From Eledone cirrhosa (Eukaryota), in NCBI GenBank assembly GCA_964016885.1, contig OZ024742.1, positions 114,700,001-114,764,000 on the forward strand: a DNA stretch of 64,000 nt, read 5' to 3'. Positions 45,434-60,302 of the stretch are shown in pieces (the first letter of the stretch is position 1; each line of letters opens with the position of its first letter). The notes below the pieces were generated by a model. That model was not told the DNA's origin and ran no database searches. It worked only from the letters and a program-made list of their open reading frames with translations. A program made the translations under genes and the position numbers.

Positions 45434-46188
45434 AATATGAATATGTATGTCAAGAAATTGAGCTTTGTGTATAATTGTATGTAAGTGCACGGTCTGAGTG
45501 TGAATGCATTTGCTAGGTTCTTAAATTATTATTCTCAGTGAGGAAACTATTATCTTCATGCCTTATGTATATCATATAATTATCCCTTTGCTCCATTATC
45601 ACAGCAATTATAACGCAATATATAATTGATACATCATGACAATTCTATCATTTTTTTAAAAACATAGAATGATACTTACGTTCGACGACAGTGAACATAA
45701 CTTGGACAGCAATAATTTACTTTGAAATGATAAACAATATTCTTTTAAGTTGTATTGTTTATAAGCAATAAACTGTATCCGTCTGTTTCTCTTCGAGTCG
45801 TACTTGTTTCATGAAACAAGAGAAAGCACAGTTTCAATTATTGGAATATTGAATGGAAAGAATAATTTCTAAATGGATCATAATTTCCAATAGATATTCT
45901 TGGTAGTACATTCTGGAAAACGTGAAAACATTTATCCTGTATCTGTTCCTTAATAAGACGTAGATCTTTAGAGATATATGCAGACGATAATGCCTGATGT
46001 TTGAGATTCACCGTTAGATTTTTAAGTCTAGCCAACTAATATCGTTTGTGAGTACCGAACGATATTTGTGTGTAACATCTACATATTATTTATGTCAATT
46101 ATAGTACTCAGCAGAAAGGGTAGCACGATTAACAATATCGTCAGGATCATCGTAATGACGACAAAAACAATTACATTATTAATACTGA

Positions 46189-46491
46189 CTAGCAGAAAAA
46201 CCACCCTTCGAGTGGTTTTCTGCTAGCATGTGTAGTGTGTGTATTGATATTATACGCAAGTATATATACATGTAGATATGATACATCAAATAAAATCGTA
46301 ATTGACAATATAAACAGAATTTGAATGAAGGCCTTGTTACACTGTCTTATCTAATCAGTAACGTAATCCATGATACATTAAAAAGAGACGATATCATATA
46401 TAAACCGCATTAGGAGAACATTAGTATGTTTATTTAAGTAATCGCCACCGGAAGTGGTGACATTACACACGCTCTCTTTCTATATAGTTGA
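46189..46491 (-). mobile_element. Short non-autonomous Helitron-like element
   Basis: 3' hairpin ctagcagaaaa...ttttctgctag ending CTAG|T; homologous to 55417-55600; candidate 5' end TCAACTATATAGAAAGAGAGCGTG. Confidence 0.6.
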
Positions 46492-46629
46492 AGTGGTGGT
46501 GGGGGCAACGATATATCGGAAGTGCAACTTTGAAAATAAGTCAATTTTAAATTATTTATTTTTACGAAATTATTTTTGTTTACGAAATATAGTAGATAAA
46601 TTATGTAATATTCATTCATTAGTTATTCA

Positions 46630-46730
46630 ACGAGTTTAACTTTGCCTTTCATCCCTACGGGGTCAATAAAAGAAAGTACCAGTAATGTACTGGGTTAAAG
46701 CTGGCCTTGTTCCAAAAGTAGAAACAATTA
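46630..46730 (+). mobile_element. SINE fragment (central/3' part)
   Basis: ttaactttgcctttcatccctacggggtcaataaa...agtaccagt; other copies at 54665-54765 and ~49430-49490 (minus). Confidence 0.7.
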
Positions 46731-46891
46731 TTTATTCAAAATAATCCAACATATTTTACTAACAGGATAAAAAGTATTAAACCGTACGCAGTCCCGCAGA
46801 CCTTCCTTTAGTATAGTTTAGATTATATATAACATTAGTGCAACTCTGTCAAATTAGGTGAAATAGAAAATCGATAATTAAGAAATCAGAA

Positions 46892-47125
46892 CATATCTGG
46901 TACGTTCACCACCTCCGACTTGGAGGAGTTGACCTGGAGGCCGATTCCTGCCAGGTCAGACTCCACCGATTGTAAGTCGTGGCAGACAATCTCTACGGGT
47001 CCGCCCAACGTAGCCTCATCCAGGTACCTAACGCTGCGAGAACCGTGCTACACCAAACAGTGTGATCTAGGCCAAGAGCAAACAGGAGGCAAACAAAGAG
47101 CCAACCTATTGGACCACAGCGGCTG
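46892..47125 (-). mobile_element. CRE-like RT fragment
   Basis: LLFALGLDH and RYLDEATLGGPVEIVCHDLQSVESDLAGIGLQVNSSKSEV on the minus strand. Confidence 0.55.
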
Positions 47126-47159
47126 AAAGTATGACAGTATTAGCAGCAAGGAACAACAA

Positions 47160-48435
47160 TATCAACAACAGATTTCTCCAATAAGGGGTCATACAAGCCA
47201 CGATGACGTTAGGAACCCCACAAATCCCAACGCACCCTCATCTTCAAGAGCTCTCTAGGAAGGTGCCCCTGCCCCTCTCTACCTCCATCCTGCTAGCCTA
47301 CAGGCGGGCCATCCGCGCAGCAATCACCCTTCTTTAAAAAAAGATATGTGGAGACAACATTCTCTCTCCACCCTCTTCGTCCTTTCCAAGTGGAACTTGA
47401 AAAAGTTGACGACTGCTTGGTCGAAGAGGAAAGTGTCTGTCTTTAGACATTTCAGTAGCGTCCACCACACAACCTCTTTCATTACAGCTATCAGACAGAG
47501 GAAAATAGCCTACTCTTACCGGCTACAAGAAGACGGCGGGACGATCTTAAACTATGGACACGGTCGGTAGCTGGATTGGTCCTACAAGCGATAACAGCTG
47601 TTCTACATAACTCCATAAGTCAGCTTACACGAGAACCGAACGAGTGCGTGCAAAACGGTGTTGTCCATCTGCGCGCATCTCGGAAACCTCCGTCTGACAG
47701 CATTACCGAGGCTATAGAGTGTATCTCTAACCAGCAGGGCTCGTCGGTAGCACTGGCAAACGACAGATTTCTGGAAACTGTTCATAGTCCTCGGCTCGAA
47801 AGTCCTCCGGGAAAGACTCGCAAGTTTGTCCTCGCCATCGCTTAGAATCTCTCCGCGAATGTCGTCGTACTTGCCAACCACTAATCCTCTATATAATTAT
47901 TGAGTGGACGTTTCACTGACTGCATTGCCCTCCTGGTAAGGAGCTGTGAGTATTTGGCAACATTTCAAATGCCAGTCACCCAATTTCGGTCTCTTCGTCA
48001 CCCAGGACTGCAGCTCAGTCAAAGAAAGCAGTTGCGGAAAGGCCCGTCTGACAAACGGCGCCAACCGCTTAGGCAGTATATCTGGTGATGCCGCAGCCTC
48101 AGCGCATGTTTCCGCATCATTAGCCATGGCTTGCCCTGCCCTCTACGTAGAGAACGCTGGCAGCAGATGGAGCGCCTACCCAATGGAAATTATCCCCTAC
48201 ACAACAATTTGAAGAGCAGCTGTTCTAATTTGGCGTGTCGCAAACGAAGGCAAGGCACGACAGTCAGGCGATAGTATATGACGAACGCGATGCATGTCAT
48301 ATACTACGGATATCTGGCTGTCCTGCCTATGTCGAGGCCTAGACAGCCACTAGCCTAAATGCACCACCTTCATATTGTTCACATCTAGAACCACCAGCTT
48401 ACTGTCCGGTTTCATGAAGATCACCCGTATCGTGA
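47160..48435 (-). mobile_element. Older Tx1-like LINE fragment (3' ORF2 plus a piece of APE)
   Basis: FPQLLSLTELQSWV...WHLKCCQ, TMNSFQKSV, FMKPDSKLVVLDV; homologous to copy B. Confidence 0.85.
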
Positions 48436-48681
48436 GACCGACGTAAATTGTTTTATTTTTGAGGAAAAGAAATTTCCCCAAAATTAAAGTCAAACATTTG
48501 GGCCCAAAGGTCACCTTTACACAGGATAAATACGGTTGTCCTATGACACTTTTCTCGCAAAAATACAACAATTCATTCAATGTAAAAATTTGAAAATTAA
48601 CCAACTCATGGAACTCAGAAAAACAGGTATATACAATCTGTGAAGAGTTTGAGGGAGAGAAAGAGTGACAGAGAGAGAACG

Positions 48682-48767
<86 letters not shown>

Positions 48768-48779
48768 GAATATGCGGTT

Positions 48780-49300
48780 CACATCGTATCCGAGTGAAGA
48801 TACCTAACCCACACACACTATAAAGGATGGAGGCATGATATCATAGGAAAAGTGATTCACTGGGATTTATGGAACTTGGACAAATTAGCACATTCTGAGA
48901 AAAGATATCAGCATATGCCAGTGTCGGTGATAGAAAACAATCCTGAAGGAGTTGTGATATTCAATGATACACACTGATAAAATATTAGAACACAAAAGGC
49001 CTGAACGTGTAGTTTTTGACAATGAAATGATCTTGCTGGATTATAGAAGTAGCTTACCCCTTTCACACAAGAGTGCAAGAAAAGGGGGAGAAAATTAACT
49101 GGTACCAGGATTTAAAGTGGGAACTGAAAAAGAATCGGATCTGTCTTGAAATCAATTTCAGTCCCATGATCATTGGAATACTACGTACTCCATAGCTTCC
49201 GAGGCTGGTGAAAGAACATAATCTCAGCCGGCTTTTCTGTACCACATGAGATGGCATACCTACCTGGAACAGCAAAGACACTGAATATCTGAGCCTGCAT
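48780..49300 (+). mobile_element. R4/Dong-like endonuclease-region fragment
   Basis: HIVSE, YKGWRHDIIGKVIHWDL, EHKRPE, EVAYP, EKINWYQDLKWEL. Confidence 0.65.
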
Positions 49301-49384
49301 GTGGCAGCTTGATGCTCATTTCAGCAATTTTTCCAGTTAAAAAAAAAAAAATGATTGAGATATAAGAGTAATAATGTTTTCTGA

Positions 49385-49585
49385 TTTAAGCACAATGCCC
49401 ATCATTTGGGGAGGAAGAGAAAGTCGATTACGTCGACCCCAGTTTGTTACTTGTACTTTATTTATTCGACTTCGTAAGGATGAAAGGCAGCGCTAACCTG
49501 AGTGGGATTTGAACTCACAACGTAAAGAGCTATAACTCAGTGCCAAAAATCAGGTTGTCAGACGCTCTACCGACACTGACAATCC
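49385..49585 (-). mobile_element. tRNA-derived SINE (octopus OK/OR-like)
   Basis: reverse complement gtcggtagagcgtc...gagttcaaatccc (B box)...gcctttcatcc...ggggtcga. Confidence 0.75.
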
Positions 49586-50603
49586 AATAATAATATACAA
49601 TCTTGTTTCTATTACAGTAACTTCTAAATCATGCTGATGTATATATAGGCCATAAGTGTGATCAATTTAGTGGTGATTGAATATTTAATATACTCGATTT
49701 AACGTCGACGTTTCATTTTAGATCACAGTATTTAAAACACAGAAAATCAAGTGAAGTTTACACTTAAAGTATAGATACCTAAATATATAATCGAAACAAA
49801 TAAAAATGAAGAATAAATAAATGTGATTTATTTGAACAAACTTGTAGACAGTTGGGTGTGTAAAAAGAAAACATACATTTAATTCATTTCAAGATATACC
49901 TGAAATAACCTACTTTAAGATTTAGAATATACTATTTATTTTATTATATGTAATAGAATGTATGGTTATGCTAAGATTTAGCAATTTTATTACGTTTTAT
50001 CAGGTGATGTTAAATATATAAAGGAATGAAACAAATATATATATATAAATATATAAATATGGATATAAATATAAATAAAACTTTTACATTTTATTTATCA
50101 TTTTCTCATTTGATAGAATCATTCAATGTTTTTCTGTTAGTTTGTTTACTGTCTATGTAAGTTTTGATGATCAACTGCACATAATCATGTAGGTGATGAG
50201 CACATGAATCTCCCCGCCGCTTCCTCAAATGGTTCAGAGATGCACGCTAAATGAACAAGGCATTTTGTGGCTAGAAATGTTTAATGCTTCAACCAGTGAT
50301 GCTTTACGTCACAATTAACCATTCCTTCGGTAAGCATCTACCTGGTTAGCAAATGTTAGAATGTCCAGCACTATCATTAACCAAGTTATTCAACAAAACG
50401 TCATAAGGTAATCAAAGTTTAAATGCAGCACATATTTTTAGTGAATTTAGAATACAAAGTATATACAATTTGAAGATTTATCTATATATATATATATATA
50501 TTAGAAAATAGAATAGCTTTCACCGTATTTTTGACTAAAGAAATTTTAGCCTGATAATGAGGTTGAGAACCCTCAGATAAATGGAAAAAAAGATGAATAT
50601 TGA

Positions 50604-50668
50604 TGTACATCGGAGTCGAACCCAAATCTTTGGTTATCCAGACCACTGTGCTACCATTATACCAACAC
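50604..50668 (-). other. tRNA-like sequence, probably a SINE head or tRNA pseudogene
   Basis: tggtataatggtagc (A box), gggttcgactcc (B box); acceptor stem poor. Confidence 0.5.
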
Positions 50669-50929
50669 ATCACCAACATCCTTCCATTCAAATTAGCAAG
50701 TATAAATGACGAGTAAGTATGTTTTGAAACAGTGAGCAGGTTTGAAATTAGAAAATATATATGAGAAAAACCACAGAACTGCGAAACCGGTAAAGGAACC
50801 AAATAAATATATATATTTTTAAAAAAAATAAGACTCCAGTTGCATTTTCGATTTCATCTTTTTTTTCTTTATACTTTCACTCGTGTAGGACAACTCGGTT
50901 ATTTTTCATTTTGTAAAAAAAACCCTCAC

Positions 50930-50976
<47 letters not shown>

Positions 50977-53900
50977 TGTGTGCGCGTGCGTGTGTTCCTG
51001 TGTGTATATCTGTGTGTGTATGTGTGTGTGCGTTTAAATATAGCGGAATAATGTGTCATATATAGGTAGTGAATGTTCCAATGTCAGGGTACACAATGCT
51101 AGTACTTCGCCCGGCTACCGATGTGGTATTCCAGGGTAGCCTTAATAAGTAGTGTGTTGATAAATGAACTAAGAGATATGGTCGCAATATCAATATAACA
51201 TTACTTTTATTTCCACAAGACACGTGCTTTCAGTTTGATCAGTTCAAGGTTCAATCGCTAGAATTTCGGCGCAATTCTAGATACGCGGGCTCATGAGATA
51301 TATGGATTCTCGAATGCATGGAATTATCAATGCCTCACCATTATATATCCCAAAGGCATTGCCAATGTAGAATCAGTTGTAGTATAACTATACACTTTGG
51401 AGTTATTTAGTAGTGGGTAGTTAATTAGAATTATTAATCATGTCGGTGATGGAGTTGGCTGTATAAGGTTGGTCTATATAAAGGTACGTTTAACTGATGA
51501 TCAGAAGTATAATGAAAAATATTACAAAAAATGTGACAAAAATTGATGGAAGGAAGAATGGAAAGAAGTATACATATCAACGATGTTTTCATTGAGAAAG
51601 AATTCTGACATAGCCGAAGAAGTGATTTGAACTTGCAACATGAACCACTGGGATCCTCTCTACTCGAGTAAGGTGTCTATTTCTCAGATGAATAGCGGTG
51701 GCGTCGATGTATTACAATATCAATATATTCGACTATAGACAACAATGATGGCAGCGGTGTAATTTGTTACATTTAGAATCCTTTCAATGGCCATTGTCTC
51801 AAGATGGGTTGATTATATATGTATTCATAATTCTACTAACGCCTATATAGGTGTTACCACCTTCAATTCCCACTTACAAATTTTACCTAAACAACAACAC
51901 ATCCTTAGCTCAATTCGTTACATCTTTAAATAAATCTAAAATATAATTTATTGTGGATTCCACGAATGCCTGTGATGGAGGTGAACTGTCGTGTACTTTT
52001 GGAAATTCGGAGGACTATGAAATCACTATGAAACCAAGTAGGCTTTCGGATTCAATAATAGCATGTAATATTAGCATGTCCGCATCGCCCATCATAATGG
52101 TTTTGCAGTGGACGATATGATCACACCTAGTCCATCCATTTGTTTGCATTCATATTTTAAACTTATCTTTCTAATAGTTAGTTAGACCAGTATCTATAGT
52201 TAAAATATTTTTTTTGTTTATTACCTACTAGTGTGTTTATTTCCCTTTTTCGTCATCCCAATACGAAATTAGCTATTTCTAGACTCTAAAAAGTACTCAT
52301 ATATCATTCTCTTCAAACATTGTGTGTCTAAAAGCCTCTACATCATTGAATATCTATTTACCTATATAATGTGTTATACAATTCGTGTTACTTCTATTTA
52401 ACTCAACAGAATATGATCTTCGAATTGCACCTCATAGGTTTGATGAAGAGAGCTACATAGCTGGAATGTAAAACCTTCAAAGAGTAGCTGCAAACAATGT
52501 AATCATATCTAAGTAATAAATTCTGGTTCTTTTAAAAAGAATTACGGCCTCATGCCTCACAGGAATCGAGAGAATGGCGGAAAATAAACTCAGAAATCGT
52601 GATCAGTTTCAAGATTGATTTTAAATAGGCCACATATATGACTATAGTCTGAAATTAATCCCCAATAATTCTTTGTCCGAAGCTATCTAAAAAATATTGT
52701 ATATGTCAACAAAGCGAGGACCATCTCTGAAGTAAAGAAAACATCAAGGAGATCGGCGCCATCACTAGGTTTGTTTGTATGAACATTATGCTAAACCTCA
52801 CCATATGCCTCAGAGAATGTATGGATTCAATTTGGGATCAATTGGAAATTATGCTGTAATTCTGGAGAAGAAGAAAACACCACCATATACTTAATTGTGT
52901 ATATGTGGTTTTAACTAAATATATTCGGTTGTCAGGATTTAATACACAAAAAGTGGGGAGGGACTTTTGCTTGAGTCACCCTCTATAAACTCAGTTTAAT
53001 TAATGATAATGCGACTCATCTACTATGATGGTGTGTATAATTGCTGCAAGATAACCTATGACTTATCCTCTTCTATTGATAACGCCTCTGATCAAGACTA
53101 TTTACTTACTTTAGATATATACTCCTGAGCCGTTTTATAGGGTTAAGACATGCATATTGAAAACGAATATTAAAATCACAAATGCATCTAACATTGGAAC
53201 ACTGGGAAAATGAATCTTTTATTTTGATTACCATTCCCACACAAATATTTCTACTTTCAAACTTAGTTGCGTTTTCGCTAATCAAACCAACTAAATGTAT
53301 TTTTCTTGAAAAATGCATTATTCCTTCATCTCTCATATTATATGGAAGATAGCATATTTCTCAAACATAAATTTTAACTGATTTCTAGGCAGATATTCAG
53401 TCATGCGAGATGATAGAAAAATATTCGAACAAAATAGGGAGCTGATTTGAAACATGCAACGGTTTAGGCTATCATAATAAGCATTGGAAATATAGTCATA
53501 CATTAAAAAAAAAAAAATAATAATAATAATAATACAATAAGAGAAACATCATAACCTTTCGAAAGACATCATACAGCTACACTGACATGGAAAATGATTT
53601 GAGAGATAAATGATAATGGTAGTGTTTTGTGGGTCAGATAGCATGCTTTTAGCCGAACGAAATTGTATGGTAAAACTTTATAACTAAAAAATTACGTCTT
53701 GGATATTTCTTGTAAATAGATTTAATTATCAATCTCGGAATGCACTAACACATCCTATTGCAAATATTAATTTTCAATAATATTTAGTAGTCATACTGTT
53801 GCACCTTCAAAAGCAATGCATTGTCTGTCATAGCATAGACGAATGTAATAAGGCAGCTTCTCTATAATGATATTACAACAATTTATATCATTAAAAGTAA

Positions 53901-54455
53901 ATGATAGCGTGTAAGAAATATAAAGGAATGATGACAGAAGAGCCCTAGTAACATGCTTAGTTTGTAATGATTCAATAAAAAAAATAAAGTCACGATTATA
54001 GTAGTGTTATGTTGTTTGCATTCACATACATCGGGTAATTATCTGCAAATATTCATTTCTATCTAGACCAATCGTATTTAACTTAAGATCTCGTTATAAA
54101 TAGGATTCCAATATTTAATGGTATTTTGTTAGCTTCTATGTTACAAATGTCATTAGCTTGTAGTCAGTGAATGGACATCTAATCCAAGTGGATTGGTTAA
54201 GTGGATAACGGGTAAGAAAAGTTATTTGTACTATCACTTCTAAAGCTGGGAATTTCACGTCCACGCTTTGCAGCGTTTGCCAGAATTGCAACTGGTAGAT
54301 AGTATCAGCAATAGAAAGCCGTATGGAACAATCTCGTGATCAAATCTGCAAAATCAGTCTTTAGATTATCTGCTGTTCCTTTCATCATTCCAGTGAAACT
54401 CGAACAAATATGCTTTCTTCAATCTATCGTATTCTTATAGACCAATCATAGTCAT

Positions 54456-54486
<31 letters not shown>

Positions 54487-54589
54487 TATACACACACACA
54501 CATATACGCACACACACACACATACACACACACACACAAACACACACACACATATATATTATGTGCGTGCATGTATGTAAATGCATATA

Positions 54590-54636
<47 letters not shown>

Positions 54637-54664
54637 GTTGTATTATTTCATACGCCATTATTCA

Positions 54665-54765
54665 CCGAGGTTAACTTTGCCTTTCATCCTTACGGGGTCA
54701 ATAAAATAAAGTACCAGTAATGCACTGGGTAATTGATGGCCTTGTGCCAAAAGAAGAAACAATTA
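54665..54765 (+). mobile_element. SINE fragment
   Basis: near-identical to 46630-46730. Confidence 0.7.
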
Positions 54766-55416
54766 TTCAATAAGTGAATCAATAAATGAATTTTAACGCC
54801 TATGCTACACGTTCGGAACGTATTCTTTCAATAATTTCGCGGCGGAAATAGCAATATCTCACTGCACAAACACGTATACCTGGATAGGTATGGAGAGTCT
54901 CTGTGTCAATTAATTCGTTGTGACATTTAGTTCACGTATAACAAATCATATTTTCAATGGTTATTTTTTTTCATTGTGGTCCCGCGCTGCAGCAAGTTAC
55001 TAGATAGTGTTTGTAGATCACAATTTATCAAACTATTATAAATGTATATATTGAAAAATACTTTTTGTATGAATTAGGTAGTTCGAAGCTGGAAAGTAAC
55101 TTTTATCAAAATCTCATCTAGTTTATTTACATGGTCAGTCAATTTCCTCAATATTCTTACTTTTATGTCAGCAATATTTCGACCATATATTGTATGACGT
55201 TTCTCCAGGTAATTTATCTGCGTTGTGCATGTATCTTAGATTCGGGCGTTTCCTGTCAGTTCACTCAAATATAATTAACATTTATGTGGCTCCATCATCT
55301 TTATATTCTATCAAATGTAACTGCAAGTTCACATCTATTTCAACATAGGTGATGCAATGGTGCCATTGTTCCTACTTTCATATCTTTCCACACGCAACCG
55401 TCAATTATTATACATA

Positions 55417-58400
55417 CTAGCAGAAGAAGTGACCACGGGTGGTTTTCTGCTAGCTTATATAGTGGGCATACACAAATATTTATGCACATATATATGATAC
55501 GTAAATTGACAATATACACATAAACTAAACAAAGACTGTGTTACACTTACGTCTGTAATCAGTAACGTAATCCATGATACAGTTAAAAAAAGGCGATAAT
55601 TGAGATGGAAAAGCGATGAAACTGTTGACGGTAAATGCTCATGAATCTTCACTCGAGAATGTCGATGGGAAGCTTCAAGCAGTGAATTTAAAAATAGATG
55701 TTGCTGGTATAAATGAATGAATTACATGTACCAATATGAAGAGTTGACCTTTGCTATATTGTTGTTTTAGTGTATTCACATATAGACTTCTTAATTTGTT
55801 GTAGTGTCGCTTTTCTAGCACTTAAAATAAACTGAAATGCATTTCAACTAAAAGAGAGAGATGGCTGTTTGACATCACTGTAGAATTTCTTTGTAGACAC
55901 AGTTGTGAGCAAACAGACCACATTCATGTAATATGTTTACATTTTCTTTTTTTTTTTGAGACTCGCGATAATGCAACATACATCCGATCATGTGAGAAGA
56001 ATTGTGTTGGTAGATATACACATATCTTTTCAAATGCCTGCCCTTGTGCCTTCTTGCATTTAAGGGCAAAGGAAATTAATGGCGAGTAAAGGTGAAAGGG
56101 AACACCAGCTATTGAGATACATGTGGTATCCTTGGGATTAGCAATCTTGTTCCAGCATTGGGCCCCAATGCCACTTCAGCTTCAATTATATGATTATATG
56201 AACTGATGATGATGTAGCTTGTACTATTGCAATGTCCGTTTAGAGGATCCAGATTTCTCAGAAGCATGATGCAACTGCCTTTCTTTAGTTTAAGCAGGTG
56301 CTGATGGGGTAACTCTGTTGATGCACTCAAATGGTTATTGCAGTTCATTATCTACTGTATCGGAGCTTCTGTAGATTACATCATAACCAGCGAACTTGTT
56401 GACCATAACTCATTCACCAATCTTGTTGAACCATTTGTTGGAGTGATAATGGCTCTATTTGCAAGCCATAGCGGGTTTGTGTAGTTTTCTGGAAGATTTT
56501 TATACTCAAAATCACACAGTCCAGACAAAGTTCATTTGGCAGAAGAATTGTGAATTCACCTAGATTTGGAACGGTTGGAATGTTACCATTTCCCACATCA
56601 AGAAGGTAGTTTACAAACTGTCTTTCATCAGAATCCTCTGCATTAATTAACCGATGATTGGTTGTCATCTCCATGGTTTCCACATAGGCCCAGAGATAGG
56701 ATCTCTTAATGGTTGTCTCAACTATTTGTGGTCTAACACCATGACGTTAGCACTTGAAGAATGTGCTTCCAGTAAACAGATAGTAATATTGTTAGACCAC
56801 CAAATGCCATTTTGCAATTTCGAACATCTTTGAAGCTCCTGTCAAGGCATTCAAAGATATGCGTATGTCTCATGCCTATCTCATCAATGATTAGCAGGTC
56901 AGCTTGCTGCTGAAGGTTAACATCCCTCTTTGTGAAGAAGAAAGTTGATTCAGCAGTCACATTGAGAAGAATCTTGCACTTGGAATAAAACGTTCTACAT
57001 TTGTGAGGCAAAGTGCTTGCTATTCCAGATATGGCAGTGGTAAATGGAATTTATATTTTAGATCGGAGGTAATCCAATAGAATGTTTATGACATAAGTCT
57101 TTCCTCTACCTGACCTTGCATTCAAGCAGAAAATGCTGCCTTCATTTTCATTTACAGAGGTGATTACTTTGTGAAAAATAACCAGTTGCTCAGAATTCAA
57201 TGTTGGCAGAGGTTCATTCATGTCTGCTTGCAGTTGGTGTGTATTGAAATCCGTTTCTGCCATAAGAACCCTGTTCATTTCTGGTATGGCAACAATAGTT
57301 GGGTTTGGCCGAGGAACTCCATAGTTGACATGAATGTCCAAGCCATCATGTTGAAGTTTTTCTTGGATCCTCTGTAGAAAAATATGCACAGTTTGCATGG
57401 ATATGACTTGCTGATGGACATGATATTCTCTGCGAGACAATTCTTCCATTTCTCCCAGAACAGCAGAAGGTCATTTGGCATGCAGTACAATAAAATGGTG
57501 CAGAAGATCTCTCGCAGCTGAGGACCATGCGTAATGGATGAGGCCTCTTCCATAGTTCTGTCTTTTTCTCCATCTTCATCTAACAGACCAAGTTTCCCGC
57601 ATGCTTCTTGGAATGTTGGAAAATCAATACCTTCAATTGTCCTCAAATCTTCGTATGAAGTTGACCCAGCTTTGTGATGTAGGATCATTCTGAGGTAATA
57701 TAATTCAGATTTATGTCTACTGAGAGATACTGTTAGAATGCGTCCAAGTGTTTCACTCATAAATTATTGACCACCATCCAGATGTCCCTTTTTTCTTCTT
57801 TGTCCAAGTGAAATATTTAGGAATATCAATATACGCTATGTTGTGTGCCAGTGCGTCTCTAATATTGAGTTGAAAATATTCCGTCTACTTAGTCATTTGC
57901 TGTCCCCTAGAAACAACCAACACTTTCTTCCTGTCCTCGCTCATATATGACCATTTGTTCCCCAGGTAAATGGCAAGGCAACTTTTCAACAGGCGGTTTT
58001 CGATATGTAATGGAAATGTATACATTCTCCAGAATACTTCACAGGCTGAGACGTATCGTGCATTGTTATAGGTCTCAATCTCATTTTTGGGCATGGACAC
58101 AATTTCCTTGATCATCCTTAAATGTGAAAGTGATCTTGTCTGATCCTTTTGTGATGTACTTATATAAGTACGTAACATACTTGACACTGTGGACAAGTTC
58201 ACAATTGATGTGGCACTGATATCTCAATGAGAGGAATGAGTTGTATGGAATAATCCAACGATTATCAACAGTAAATTCTTGACCTTTAAGTTGGATTTTA
58301 TGGGTGTGACAACCATGCTGTCTATCCCTTCTTCTATACTCCGGAAAGGAATTTTCGGTAATAGATGTGGTTTGTCTAAATGCCTTAGGATAACATTTTG

Positions 58401-60170
58401 AGCAATGGCGTTGTTGTCCTAGCCCTTCCATACATGAGTACATCATATTAGCATGTCCAAATGGGCCATGGATGTTGCAGGATGTGATGATCTTATGTAG
58501 AATTGGATTGGTCTCTTTATCAGGGATCTCACAGTACACTGCGTGATCAATTGCATCAGCATTTGTGTGCTTGCTATCTTCAGCCATTATAAGCAGAATA
58601 TGAGCATGAGTGAGGCCTCGTTTCTGCCACTCTATTGTAGCAGAACGAGCCCCAACTTTTCCTAGGACATTCCTTTTCAGTATGTCATCCATGAGGCTGT
58701 CATACTTGATCTTGATGACTCTTGCACAAATATCAGGACGGTCTCTAGGTTCTTCACCAGGGTGCACACTATTTTTTTTATTTCATCCCAGTTAGGGTAA
58801 ATTGTTACCGTGATGAAATAAAATGGCTTTCCCATGCGTCGAACCACAGTCATCGAATTCTGAAAGCACTCACAGTAGAAGCGAGGGGAAACATATATTG
58901 ATGGAGGAAGAACAATTCCCCGGCCAGCATTTACTGTATCTCCTTCAGCCACAGCATCATACAAACCATCATACTTTTCAGCTCGTCTCATGGTTTGATT
59001 GTTGCGGCCCCATTTGAGGCGACAATGTTCTATTTTTGCATGGGTATCTATAGAATATTGCTGCATTAGCCGCCTGCTCTTCCTGATAATGTTACAGTCA
59101 TCTTGCCTGACCTGAAACTAATATCAATAGAAACCAGTGGGTGTGAGTGTGTGGTTGTTGACAATCCTTTTCAAACGAACCTGAAACCCATCATTTCCCC
59201 AAGGAAACAGTAACACATAATGCAAAGGATCATAAGAATGGTGCAACTGATGAATCCTCTGACGACCACCATCTCTGTTATGAATGATGACATCCAAAAG
59301 ACCTAATGCTGTATCTGGTTGAATAACAGCAATCTCAGATGCCATGGGAAGATTATATGTGCGACAATGAAAATCTGTGGGTTTTACTTTGTGAGCATGT
59401 AGGGCAATATTAAGATTTTCACAGACTGCCATTGCAATGACTGTCTTGAAGCTTGTTATATAGGTGTTGCAGTAATGCAAGTCTTCTTGAAGGTCCTTCA
59501 TGACAGCAGCATCAAAATTAGCATGATACAAGCGATTCGGAAGCTCATGAAGTAAAGCTGCGCAAACTCGGGTGAAGCATCACTTGGAAAGTAGTGAGCC
59601 AATGATATGACAAATCTTACCTTAGATATTAGAAGTGGGACTAAATCCTGGTGCTTTAATCTCTTTGCAATAAATTGAAGCTATGGAGAAAAAGCTTATG
59701 GAGAAAAGAATTTCCTGCTTGAGAGATATCGAAATATTTCAGTATATTTGGTGGAGGAGGGGGAAGTTTAGGGAGTTTCACTTTTTCCTGAAAGCAGCAC
59801 AGAGATTTCGGTTCATGTGGCCAGTGATAAGCTTTGCTGACAAACAGAGGCAAAGGTACTCCCTGCATTGTGTTGAGGCATTATGGAAACAACAGTTTGC
59901 TTTTGGAAAGGTCCATGTCAGAATTATTTGCCAGAAATTCAATTGACCTCTTCCTTCCTCTCTGAAGGTTTGGTGTATGTGTTGCAAGTTGTTGTCGGTG
60001 TGTTAACTGAATTACATTTGTAGAAATGTGTTTGGATAACGTAGAGCGAGTATTGTTTGATTTATTACCCCTCATCTCTCTTTCTCGATGTGCGTCCGCT
60101 GCCATGCGTTGGAATTTAGATGACGGATATTTTCTGCTTCCCATATTCACCTTCTGTCTTGTATGCAACA
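55417..60170 (-). mobile_element. Helitron with decayed Rep/Pif1-helicase ORF (~59950-56040)
   Basis: N-terminal AYHWPHEPKSLCC..KVKLP; SYDPLHYVLLFPWG; HUH motif IEWQKRGLTHAHIL; YLYKYITKGSD; GRGKTY; IIDEIGM; FGG; IMLLRNL..NGHCN; 3' hairpin plus CTAG|T at 55417; 5' end not located. Confidence 0.93.
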
Positions 60171-60237
60171 ATATATGTTATCTCTACGGTGAAACCTTAG
60201 AAATGAATATATGTTAAAACAAATGAATATATGTTAA

Positions 60238-60293
<56 letters not shown>

Positions 60294-60302
60294 AAGATAA
60301 AA

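Noticed and set aside
50604-50668. Functional tRNA gene
   Set aside because: Acceptor stem does not pair well; better explained as a SINE head or pseudogene
53106-53336. 76-aa minus-strand ORF ending near a gtaagt donor (also 45838-46035)
   Set aside because: No recognisable homology or clear acceptor; compatible with chance
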